A stretch of 64,000 nt of DNA from Patescibacteria group bacterium (GTDB lineage Bacteria > Patescibacteriota > UBA1384 > 2-12-FULL-50-11): assembly GCA_016861245.1 (NCBI GenBank), contig BOKZ01000001.1, positions 188,347-252,346 of the forward strand, given 5' to 3'. Of the stretch, positions 31,141 to 39,169 are shown in pieces. The first letter of the stretch is position 1; the number at the start of each line of letters is the position of its first letter. The notes beneath the pieces are model-generated. The model ran no database searches, was not told where the DNA came from, and worked only from the letters and a program-made list of their open reading frames with translations. Made by a program: the position numbers and the translations under genes.

Positions 31141-31966
31141 TCGTTGATAAATTGGAAAGGACAAGCCCAAGACCGCCAAATAAAAACTCGCAGGTTTTCA
31201 TGAAGAGCATGCCAAGCCCAACGATAGGATTTGCAAATAATTTTCCCGGTTTCGAGAAGAATAGTTTATATCGACCCAGAATTCCCGTTTGTTGGTTCAA
31301 CGAACTACTGCCTTTATTTTTTTGTGCGTATTTTGAGAACTTTTGCGCGTAGTAATACTTCTTTTTAATCGTCTTCCAAAGATTAATTTTACCCTCGTTA
31401 TGAAAAATATAGCTTTTAATACTAGCGATCTTTCCGGTTTTACCAGCGCGCTGAGAAAGGTCCCAATCTTCACCACTTATCAATTTTTCATCGTACCCAC
31501 CAAGTTGCTGATAAAGACTATGTCGAAAGAAGCGGGCGGCCTCCATCCAGCTCACGCCTACATAGAAACTGCGCTCCAGCTTTTTACACTGTGCCCAAAA
31601 GCCCTCGCCAAACGACTCTTCTGGGACTACAACAGCCGCAACATATGGCTTCCCTTCCATTGCTTCAACGCATTCCTGAACGACTGTTGCAGACAATTCC
31701 ATATCACTATCAATAATAAAAACGTATTCACCTCTTGCTTGAGATACGGCGTAGTTTCGTTGAGTGCTGCGCTCTGGACCTTTTTGGAAAAAGGTTACGC
31801 CAAGTTTTCGAGATATCTCAGGAGTCTTATCAGAAGAAAAGTTATCAACTACGATAACTTCAATATTCTTATATGTCTGATTTTTGACCGAAACTATACA
31901 GCGTTCAATGAACTTCTCAGAATTTTTAGTTGGGATAATTACCGATACTAGGACATCTTTCTTCAT
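31130..31966 (-). CDS. Glycosyltransferase family 2
   Basis: VSVIIPTKN, VVDNFSSD, IDSD, GEDWD. Confidence 0.93.
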   Translation of the reverse strand: MKKDVLVSVIIPTKNSEKFIERCIVSVKNQTYKNIEVIVVDNFSSDKTPEISRKLGVTFFQKGPERSTQRNYAVSQARGEYVFIIDSDMELSATVVQECVEAMEGKPYVAAVVVPEESFGEGFWAQCKKLERSFYVGVSWMEAARFFRHSLYQQLGGYDEKLISGEDWDLSQRAGKTGKIASIKSYIFHNEGKINLWKTIKKKYYYAQKFSKYAQKNKGSSSLNQQTGILGRYKLFFSKPGKLFANPIVGLGMLFMKTCEFLFGGLGLVLSNLSTNEG

Positions 31967-33066
31967 TTGATAAACAGGATTTGCTTAAAACAATTGTAGC
32001 TGTTTTCAAAAGTAATTTCCTTGCTCCACTCCCACGCGGTGTTGCGTAGTCGTGAATATAGCGCCTTATCGTTATATAGAGCGATCACCTGCTCAGCCAG
32101 TGACGTCGGTGTATTGGAAACTGATACTAAACCAGTAACATTATTTTTCGTACTATCGCGTAGGCCATCTACATTATAGACAACAGCTGGCGTTCCTTGG
32201 CTATTTGCCTCAGTTACGATCAGACCCCAGCCTTCCTTGATTGATGTAACTAGAATAGCGTGAGACTGTTGCATAAGTTTTACTTTCTTATCAGAGCTGA
32301 CTCGACCAAGATATGTTACGTCTGAAGAGAATTGACTCTTTTTGATATAAGTCATACAGCGATTAAAATACCCTCCCTCGCCGGCACCAGCGATTATTAG
32401 TTTCAGTTCTGGGATTTTTGATCGCGCGTGCTCAAACGCCTTAATTTGATCAAGCGTACGTTTCATTGGTCTTATGGCGCCAAGAGAGAGTAGGGTGAAG
32501 TCATTAAATTTGGTCACTGACTTTAAACTCGCTACGGGTTCTAGCTCGATGCCGACTGGGACAATTGAAACATTTTCACCTTTAAAACCATATCTACAAA
32601 GATCGTTCTTGGTGCTCTCAGACACTACAATTGCCTTATTACTACTTAGGATCTTTAGGTAAAGAGGCTCTATTAAATAACCCAAAATGTTTAAAGGAAA
32701 AAACATTTGAAAGAACCAAACCTCACGAGCCAATTGATGGAAAAAAAGAGTACGTTTGCTCCTTAAACCATAAAACTGGGAAAAGAACGGGACGGTATTT
32801 ATTTCCTCAATCAGTAAATCTGGACTACCAAATTCCCCACGTTTAGCCGCCCTAAAGGCTTTCAAGTAAACTGAAAGTCTGCCGCCCGATCTAACTACCC
32901 GATATGGGCCTATCTCTCGATTGCCAGCATTTGGGTAAGATGCCGTAAATAGGGTAACATCATGTCCGTCTTTCGCTAACCTAGTTAAAAGCTGGTCCGT
33001 CACCACTTCTGCACCACCGGCCAACGGATGAAACTTGTCTTTCCAGCTCAGCCACAATATCTTCAT
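31963..33066 (-). CDS. Glycosyltransferase family 4
   Basis: HPLAGGAE, KEGWGLIVTEANSQGTP. Confidence 0.92.
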   Translation of the reverse strand: MKILWLSWKDKFHPLAGGAEVVTDQLLTRLAKDGHDVTLFTASYPNAGNREIGPYRVVRSGGRLSVYLKAFRAAKRGEFGSPDLLIEEINTVPFFSQFYGLRSKRTLFFHQLAREVWFFQMFFPLNILGYLIEPLYLKILSSNKAIVVSESTKNDLCRYGFKGENVSIVPVGIELEPVASLKSVTKFNDFTLLSLGAIRPMKRTLDQIKAFEHARSKIPELKLIIAGAGEGGYFNRCMTYIKKSQFSSDVTYLGRVSSDKKVKLMQQSHAILVTSIKEGWGLIVTEANSQGTPAVVYNVDGLRDSTKNNVTGLVSVSNTPTSLAEQVIALYNDKALYSRLRNTAWEWSKEITFENSYNCFKQILFIK

Positions 33067-33071
33067 GAAGC

Positions 33072-33809
33072 CTATTTAGTCGAACGGTAATAATTTAGGA
33101 TTCTCGCTCGATAAAAAATCGCCAATGTATCTGTTATCATTCGCTTAATGGTTTTGAAATTAATGCTCGATGCAGCGTTATTAAAATTTAACTCTACCGG
33201 CGCCTCAAAGATTCTTCTAAAACCAAATTGCTGAGCAATTACTAATAGTTCCAGATCGATTGCAAATTGCTTTACTAAAGCTTTTGGGAAAATGGTTTTG
33301 GCTACGTTTGCTTTAAAAAACTTAAGCCCGGCTTGGGTATCGGTAATGTTCAGCCCAAAGAGTAATCTAATTAGCAGCTGGTAGCATCGAGAATATATTC
33401 TCCTCAATGGCGGATAATGCACCTTCGAAGCTGGATGTCGTTTTGAGCCGATCACAATATCCGCATCGAATAACTCCATCAAACTAACATATTTATCGAA
33501 TTGCTCTGGGTTAAAGTCCCCGCCCGCATCAGTAAAAGTGATAATTTTCCCAACTGCCTGTTCAACTCCGTATTTAACAGCATATCCCTTGCCCTGATTT
33601 TTTTCGTAGTCAAGAACTCGGACGTGCGGTGAGTTAACCTTTCTTGCTTCTTCAGTAGTTTTGTCGGGTGAACCATCGACAACAACAAGTACTTCGTAGC
33701 TATATGGAAGTAAGTTGTGTACATCAACAATACGCTCAATGGTTTGTCGAACACTTTTTTCCTCTTTGTACGCCGGAATAACTATCGAGAGTTTTATTTG
33801 GTCTTTCAT
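33072..33809 (-). CDS. GT2, polyprenyl-phosphate sugar synthase (DPM/DPG synthase-like)
   Basis: IPAYKEE, VDGSPD, NQGKGYAV, IVIGSK, TDTQAGLK, FAIDLELL. Confidence 0.85.
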   Translation of the reverse strand: MKDQIKLSIVIPAYKEEKSVRQTIERIVDVHNLLPYSYEVLVVVDGSPDKTTEEARKVNSPHVRVLDYEKNQGKGYAVKYGVEQAVGKIITFTDAGGDFNPEQFDKYVSLMELFDADIVIGSKRHPASKVHYPPLRRIYSRCYQLLIRLLFGLNITDTQAGLKFFKANVAKTIFPKALVKQFAIDLELLVIAQQFGFRRIFEAPVELNFNNAASSINFKTIKRMITDTLAIFYRARILNYYRSTK

Positions 33810-35086
33810 CGTTGAAATAACAAGCTTTTAAGCTGATTGCGTTTTAATATTAGGTAGTCTACAACCATCACACCCAGAAGTGCAATGAATCCCAAGCGTA
33901 ATTGATCTAGCAGTACCGCCACGTTCTGAGGAATTTTAAGACTAGTATAAGTTATGAGAATTAACCCAATTACTAACATCTCGGCAATAAACCAATAGCG
34001 TTGGATAGATAAGAAGTACTGGCTCATCAGGTTCACAAGGGACAATGATATTACTAGCACCGCAGAAATTGAAAGTAAGCTTGCTAGTTCTAGGTAATCG
34101 TTTCCATAAAGTACTCTGACAATCTCCCTATCAAACAACGCGTACAATACCAACAACACTCCCGAACCTATTAGAGTGATCAATATCGCCCCAAAAAGCG
34201 TTTGTACGTGTTTTTCACCGCGGCTTCTCTGTGCAGCAATCAAGGGAAACATGACAGATGTAATCGGTCCTGAGATATAGAATATTATTTTCGCCACTGT
34301 CGATACTGCTACATATTGTCCAGCAATTTCAGGTAGAAAGAATTTCTTTGCTAAAAGCACATCGATATTCATTAATAAGAGTAGGGCGAAGTTACTAGCA
34401 AGTGCGGGTAAGAAATATAGTAATACTTCCCGCTTCTGGGGGAAGTATTCTCCCTTACTTCGTACCGTAGTTTCTCCTTTTAGCATCCTTTTTAGCACTA
34501 CCCAACTCAGGGTAAGTGCACCAAGTGAACCAATAAAGATAGAGAATGTCGCTCCGGACAGACCCATTCCAACTTTAATAAAAATTACGGCGGCAATTAA
34601 CTTCACTAGATACTCAGTAATATTACTAACAGCTAACTGATCAAAACGCTGCGTTCCTTGTAAAACTCCTCGATTGACCGTGAGAACCAACGCAAGAACA
34701 ATTGAGCTAAGCGCTAACCCTAGTGCTTGCTGATTATTTATTGCGAAAAACTTTGAAGCATAAGGAATGGAGAATAGCGCAAGCATGGTAATAAGCACGG
34801 AGCCAAGAACCACCACTTTACTGAACTTCTGGTGAAAATATGAAATACCGGCGATATCTTTTTTAGCGAAGAGATTACTAACGAAATACATAGTCACTGT
34901 CAGTAGTCCACCACTAATAGCAGTGGTGAGCAAAAAATACGAATTAATGGCGCCTAGATCACCAAAATCGGCCGGACCAAGCATCCTCCCCATCACCGAG
35001 CTATAAACGTAGGAGAGTATCCCTCCAATTACTGTTCCAAATGTAATCACAGCGCTACCCTTCAGAAGTGCTGTTATCCTATTCAT
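33806..35086 (-). CDS. Oligosaccharide flippase (Wzx-like)
   Basis: Start moved to ATG 35086; MGRMLGPADFG, RGVLQG, DVLLAKKFF, AGQY. Confidence 0.85.
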   Translation of the reverse strand: MNRITALLKGSAVITFGTVIGGILSYVYSSVMGRMLGPADFGDLGAINSYFLLTTAISGGLLTVTMYFVSNLFAKKDIAGISYFHQKFSKVVVLGSVLITMLALFSIPYASKFFAINNQQALGLALSSIVLALVLTVNRGVLQGTQRFDQLAVSNITEYLVKLIAAVIFIKVGMGLSGATFSIFIGSLGALTLSWVVLKRMLKGETTVRSKGEYFPQKREVLLYFLPALASNFALLLLMNIDVLLAKKFFLPEIAGQYVAVSTVAKIIFYISGPITSVMFPLIAAQRSRGEKHVQTLFGAILITLIGSGVLLVLYALFDREIVRVLYGNDYLELASLLSISAVLVISLSLVNLMSQYFLSIQRYWFIAEMLVIGLILITYTSLKIPQNVAVLLDQLRLGFIALLGVMVVDYLILKRNQLKSLLFQR

Positions 35087-35123
35087 TACCTGTATTCTAG
35101 CGCAATAAACCTGATACGGAAAT

Positions 35124-35147
35124 AAAAAATCCCCGCCGAAGCGGGGA
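35124..35147 (-). terminator. Intrinsic terminator of the acetyltransferase gene
   Basis: TCCCCGC-TTCG-GCGGGGA then TTTTT on the minus strand. Confidence 0.75.
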
Positions 35148-35171
35148 GCGATCACGGAGGTACCCCAGTGA

Positions 35172-35687
35172 TCAGGAAGTGAGCATGGGTTCCGCTGGCA
35201 GAGCCTTAGAGACCCAGAGCTCGCCGTCAGGAATATCCTTGACGACAAGTGTTCCAGCGCCAGTTCGCGCGCCTTCACCGATGGTGATGCCGCAACGAAC
35301 GACCGTTCCAGCGCCCAAGGCACAGTTTTTCTTCAGCAGCGTGTGCTCAAGCCACTCTTCCTTGGTTCTGGTGTCGATCGCGGTGGGGTTGCGGTCGTTT
35401 GTGAACGCGCAGTGCGGCCCGATGAACGCGCCGTCTTCGAGAACGATACCCTCGTACAACGAGTTTCCGTTCTGAACTTTGCAGTTGTCTCCGATGACGA
35501 CTCCGGGGCCGATGTAGCAACCCTGACCGATCACGCAATTGCGACCGATCTTAGCGCCAGGGCAGACGTGACTAAAATGCCAGATCTTGGTGCCCTCGCC
35601 AATCACGGATCCCTCGTCGACGTATGCCGACTCGTGGTAGAAATACCCTTCAGGGGTTTGGACGAGTTCTTGTGCTAGTTTTGACAT
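35172..35687 (-). CDS. Hexapeptide-repeat N-acetyltransferase (WbpD/WlbB-like)
   Basis: Start ATG 35687 (SD GGAGG); IGEGTKIWHFSHV, CKVQNGNSLYEG, FTND. Confidence 0.88.
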   Translation of the reverse strand: MSKLAQELVQTPEGYFYHESAYVDEGSVIGEGTKIWHFSHVCPGAKIGRNCVIGQGCYIGPGVVIGDNCKVQNGNSLYEGIVLEDGAFIGPHCAFTNDRNPTAIDTRTKEEWLEHTLLKKNCALGAGTVVRCGITIGEGARTGAGTLVVKDIPDGELWVSKALPAEPMLTS

Positions 35688-35757
35688 GGTTCCTCCGTTA
35701 AGGTGCTTGGATATAATACGCAATTGTCAGAAATTGTAAAGACAATTGGAGATAATT

Positions 35758-36249
35758 TTATAGCCTAAGCAACCTATTCAATTTATCTGATACCGGCTCG
35801 TTGCGGTGAGGGTGATGGGGGAGGTGGTTAACCAGTAGTGTTACCACCGACTCGATTTTTGAAGCTGGGATCACAAACGAGAGCGTTGGACGGAAACCGA
35901 GCTGGTCTAAGTAAACGTGCGCTTGCCCGTTAATATCCGCTACCCAGAAGTTTTTAATCTGATGAAAGCCGATAAACTTATCGCCCCAGTAAACACCCTT
36001 CGACGTCACTTCAAGATTGCGTGATCCGGGCTTGAGACCGGCAAGCCGAAACACCGCCACGCCGATGGCGACAACGACGGCCGACATTAGGTAATCTTGC
36101 GATTGGATAGTTAAGAAAAGAAAACTAAGTAGTAGTACCCCTACGCCGATGTACCAGTAGTGGTTTTTTTCGTGGTAGACGAACTCTTTCGCCGCGAAAC
36201 TGTGGGCGGTGTGTTTTGAGCTCTTTTTGTGCTCTGAGCGCGGTTTCAT
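35758..36249 (-). CDS. Conserved hypothetical membrane protein (2 TM plus PH-like C-terminus)
   Basis: Start moved to ATG 36249; EFVYHEKNHYWY, two TM, IKNFW, EPVSDKLNRLLRL. Confidence 0.6.
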   Translation of the reverse strand: MKPRSEHKKSSKHTAHSFAAKEFVYHEKNHYWYIGVGVLLLSFLFLTIQSQDYLMSAVVVAIGVAVFRLAGLKPGSRNLEVTSKGVYWGDKFIGFHQIKNFWVADINGQAHVYLDQLGFRPTLSFVIPASKIESVVTLLVNHLPHHPHRNEPVSDKLNRLLRL

Positions 36250-36304
36250 CGTACTTTGATCGTACCACATTGCCTTTCCAGGTGAGTTGGTAAACAATAT
36301 ATCT

Positions 36305-37330
36305 ATGCACTCGAACAAATTAAACAGGTTCTTCCTTTGGAGTATCGTCAGCTTAGCGCTTATAGCCCTCGGGCTTGGCAGCTATCTAAGTTGGACAATA
36401 TCGCAGCGGGAACCGGAGAGCGCTCAGACGCCGGTTGAGGAGCGAACGCCGCTACCAACCAAAGCTAGTCGGGTTGTAATTGTAAGCTGGGACGGCGCCA
36501 AACCCGTCGTTATGAAATCCTTAATTGACGAGGGCAAGCTGCCTACCTTTGCCAGCCTACAAGTCGGTAGCTACGTCGATTTCGACGCCCAGACCGTTGT
36601 ACCGAGTGTGACGCTACCGAGCCACACTTCGATGCTAACCGGCAGACCGATCTCGGAACACAAAATTACTTGGAACGACTACCAGCCAGAGCGCGGCTTC
36701 GTTAAAAGCGAAACTGTCTTTGAGCTAGCCAAAAAACAGGGGATCGGAACGGCGATGGTGGCAACCAAGGAAAAGTTTGCTCATTTAAACAAGCCAGAAA
36801 CTATCGACCACTATTTCCATGAGCGAGGAGACGCGGCTACCGCCACCAATCGAGCGCTCGAGATATTGGAAGACACCTCGGTTGGGCTGCTATTTCTTCA
36901 CTTCAAAGAACCGGACGCGGCGGGGCACGCCTACGGTTGGGGCGGCGGGTCGAAAGACGAGGCGTCGTCACAGCAGTACATGGCAGCTCTTCAGGAAGTT
37001 GATCGAGTAACAGGTTTACTACTGGCTCAACTAAAATCGGATGACTTATGGAACCAAACTGTGGTGATTATTACTTCTGATCACGGCGGGAAGGGTAAGA
37101 GTCATGGATCAGACAGCCCGGAAGATACGACCGTTCCTTGGGCAGCAACAGGCGGTGGGATTCAGCAGAAGTATCAATTTGCAAGCTCCGCTCTATCAGG
37201 AAGATCAATCTCGACGATGGACACGGCGGCAACCGCTCTTTCGCTTCTAGAAATACCGGTACCAACAGATTGGAGTGGGAAAAATCTACTTAGCAAAATC
37301 GAAGTACCGCTAGGTACTCCAACACAGTAA
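36305..37330 (+). CDS. Membrane-anchored alkaline phosphatase-superfamily phosphodiesterase/nucleotide pyrophosphatase
   Basis: SWDG, PSVTLPSHTSMLTG, PDAAGH, TSDHGG, SHG. Confidence 0.88.
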   Translation: MHSNKLNRFFLWSIVSLALIALGLGSYLSWTISQREPESAQTPVEERTPLPTKASRVVIVSWDGAKPVVMKSLIDEGKLPTFASLQVGSYVDFDAQTVVPSVTLPSHTSMLTGRPISEHKITWNDYQPERGFVKSETVFELAKKQGIGTAMVATKEKFAHLNKPETIDHYFHERGDAATATNRALEILEDTSVGLLFLHFKEPDAAGHAYGWGGGSKDEASSQQYMAALQEVDRVTGLLLAQLKSDDLWNQTVVIITSDHGGKGKSHGSDSPEDTTVPWAATGGGIQQKYQFASSALSGRSISTMDTAATALSLLEIPVPTDWSGKNLLSKIEVPLGTPTQ

Positions 37331-37351
37331 GCAGGGAAACCTGCTTTTTTT
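37329..37351 (+). terminator. Intrinsic terminator
   Basis: AAGCAGG-GAAA-CCTGCTT followed by a T run. Confidence 0.75.
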
Positions 37352-37396
37352 ACTTGGTGAACCGAGATATAATACTCAGGTAATTCTTTACAATTT

Positions 37397-37488
37397 GGAG
37401 AGGTGCCAGAGTGGTCGAATGGAGCTCACTGCTAATGAGTTGTCTGTCGAAAGATGGACCCAGGGTTCGAATCCCTGCCTCTCCGCCA
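37397..37488 (+). tRNA. tRNA-Ser (GCT)
   Basis: GGAGAGG/CCTCTCC acceptor, CT-GCT-AA loop, long variable arm, GGTTCGAATCC, encoded CCA. Confidence 0.95.
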
Positions 37489-37542
37489 GAACTTATGACG
37501 AGGTAGGGATTTAGGGGACCGTCTTCCCTGCCTCTCCGCCAG
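37472..37542 (+). repeat. 18-bp direct repeat of the tRNA-Ser 3' end
   Basis: TCCCTGCCTCTCCGCCAG at 37472-37489 and 37525-37542. Confidence 0.85.
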
Positions 37543-37547
37543 TTCTC

Positions 37548-37572
37548 TACCTGCTTAGCGCAGGTATTTTTA
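37548..37572 (+). terminator. Terminator after tRNA-Ser(GCT)
   Basis: TACCTGC-TTAGC-GCAGGTA followed by a T run. Confidence 0.7.
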
Positions 37573-37602
37573 TTAGCTAGCGACAGAAGTACTATAGAGC
37601 TT

Positions 37603-37965
37603 ATGAATAACGAACGAGTTTATAAAATGGTGGTCGCCAAAGTATATCCGTTCTACGTAACTAAGGCCGAGAGAAAGGGGCGAGCGAAAAAGGAAGTCGA
37701 TCAGATTATCTGCTGGTTAACCGGATACAACCAAAAAGAGCTGGAAGCAAAGCTGGAACAGGGAACCGATTTTGAAAGTTTCTTCACTCAAGCTCCCAGG
37801 CCGAATCCTCTGCGCAGTCTCATAAGGGGCGTTATTTGCGGAGTTCGCGTAGAAGAGATTCAAGACCCAATTATGCGAGAAGTGCGATATCTCGACAAAC
37901 TCGTCGACGAGCTAGCTCATGGTAAGTCGATGGATAAAATCCTGCGAGCAGAACCCCAGAAATAG
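37603..37965 (+). CDS. DUF2200-family protein
   Basis: [44 protein letters not shown]. Confidence 0.85.
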   Translation: MNNERVYKMVVAKVYPFYVTKAERKGRAKKEVDQIICWLTGYNQKELEAKLEQGTDFESFFTQAPRPNPLRSLIRGVICGVRVEEIQDPIMREVRYLDKLVDELAHGKSMDKILRAEPQK

Positions 37966-37977
37966 CCCCTCAATCCC

Positions 37978-38006
37978 TTGACTTTTAACCAGTTATCTGG
38001 TATATT
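37978..38006 (+). promoter_or_regulatory. sigma70 promoter
   Basis: TTGACT-17-TATATT; SD CAGGAG before ATG 38058. Confidence 0.65.
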
Positions 38007-38057
38007 TCGGGCACAATTTCGCGTCCTAAAAAATGCGAAACGTACACAGGAGTTAAC

Positions 38058-38783
38058 ATGAAGATCGCTACGATTATCGTTCTCGCCATCTTGGCGAGCT
38101 TGGGCTTTGCCCAAAGTATCGACGACCTGGGCGGCGGCAACGCTCGCCCCACGACACCGCAAACGCGCGGGCCTATCAATTGGTCCGCCCCATTCGAACT
38201 CGCCTTGGGCGAAAACGGCTGGGAGATGTCCGGCGGGCCCTATTCCCGAGAAGTCCTCTTCGGCCTTGTGGCCGAGTTGGTGAACCAGGAGTGGGGCGGA
38301 CAAGTTGGTTCGAGTACGCTCGAACTACTCAACGAGGCCTCCCAGCGCGACGCGCTGTGGAACAACCGCTGGATTGCCGACTCTGCCAGACTGCGTGAGC
38401 GAACGCTCGAACCGAGCGAGTACGGCCTGGAGATCGCTACTGGCGGCTCCAACGGCGGCGGATCGCGCGGCATGAACCTCTCCTTAGGAGGAGTAAACAT
38501 CTCGCTCGAGTCGGGATCGGCCGAAGCGATCATCGTCGTCCATCTTAAGGATCTGGTAACAGGTCGGCGAGTGAAGACGTTCGTTGGTCGAGCCAAGTAC
38601 GGCTCCACCAACCTCGAGGGTCTGTCGGTTGATCGACTGTTTGCCGGCTTCAAAATCGGCAACCAGTTCCGGCTGGATCAATGGGATAACAATCCCGAGT
38701 TCCGGCGCGGAATGATCGCCACGGCCAGGGCTCTTGAGGACTTGCGCAAGAAGATGCGCGAGTTCAAATCCACTTCCCGGTAG
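38058..38783 (+). CDS. Secreted hypothetical protein, possibly CsgG/HfaB-like fold
   Basis: Signal peptide ending GFA; Gly-rich beta hairpins and AEAIIVVHLKDLVTGRRVKTFVGRA resemble the CsgG-like C-terminal strands; visibly GC-rich. Confidence 0.45.
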   Translation: MKIATIIVLAILASLGFAQSIDDLGGGNARPTTPQTRGPINWSAPFELALGENGWEMSGGPYSREVLFGLVAELVNQEWGGQVGSSTLELLNEASQRDALWNNRWIADSARLRERTLEPSEYGLEIATGGSNGGGSRGMNLSLGGVNISLESGSAEAIIVVHLKDLVTGRRVKTFVGRAKYGSTNLEGLSVDRLFAGFKIGNQFRLDQWDNNPEFRRGMIATARALEDLRKKMREFKSTSR

Positions 38784-38800
38784 GTTTCCTGCAGAAATGC

Positions 38801-38822
38801 AAAGGCCTACCGGCCTTTTTTT
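38801..38822 (+). terminator. Intrinsic terminator
   Basis: AAAGGCC-TACC-GGCCTTT followed by a T run. Confidence 0.75.
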
Positions 38823-38908
38823 ACCCTAAAAAATTGTTGACAACGGGGTTAACCTGTTGTTTACTTTACTTAATCTCAGTAGAGATCTGTACATTAGATT
38901 AATAAAAC

Positions 38909-38940
38909 AAAAAAGCCGCTTCTTCGGAGGCGGCTTTTTT
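38909..38940. terminator. Bidirectional terminator
   Basis: A run, GCCGCTTC-TTCG-GAGGCGGC, T run. Confidence 0.75.
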
Positions 38941-39019
38941 GTAACTGCGGAAGAGGTGAGATTACTCGCTCAGCTCGTACTTCTTACAGCCTGGTGGCTG
39001 TTCGCAGTCGAACTTTTCG

Positions 39020-39106
39020 CGGAAAGGGTGGGATTCGAACCCACGGAAGCCTTGCAGCCTCACCGCATTTCGAGTGCGGCGCACTAGTCCACTATGCGAC
39101 CTTTCC
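39020..39106 (-). tRNA. tRNA-Ser (CGA)
   Basis: Minus strand GGAAAGG/CCTTTCC acceptor, CCGCA-CT-CGA-AA-TGCGG, long variable arm, GGTTCGAATCC; CCA not encoded. Confidence 0.93.
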
Positions 39107-39169
39107 GTACCTGGTTATTTTACCTTAAATTACAGCGTTCGTTGAGGGTATTTAGGCTACAATAAGCTA

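Noticed and set aside
35087-35323. N-terminal extension of the flippase ORF
   Set aside because: Overlaps the acetyltransferase and its terminator; the real start is 35086
38857-39087. 76-aa ORF
   Set aside because: Crosses a terminator and runs antisense to tRNA-Ser(CGA)
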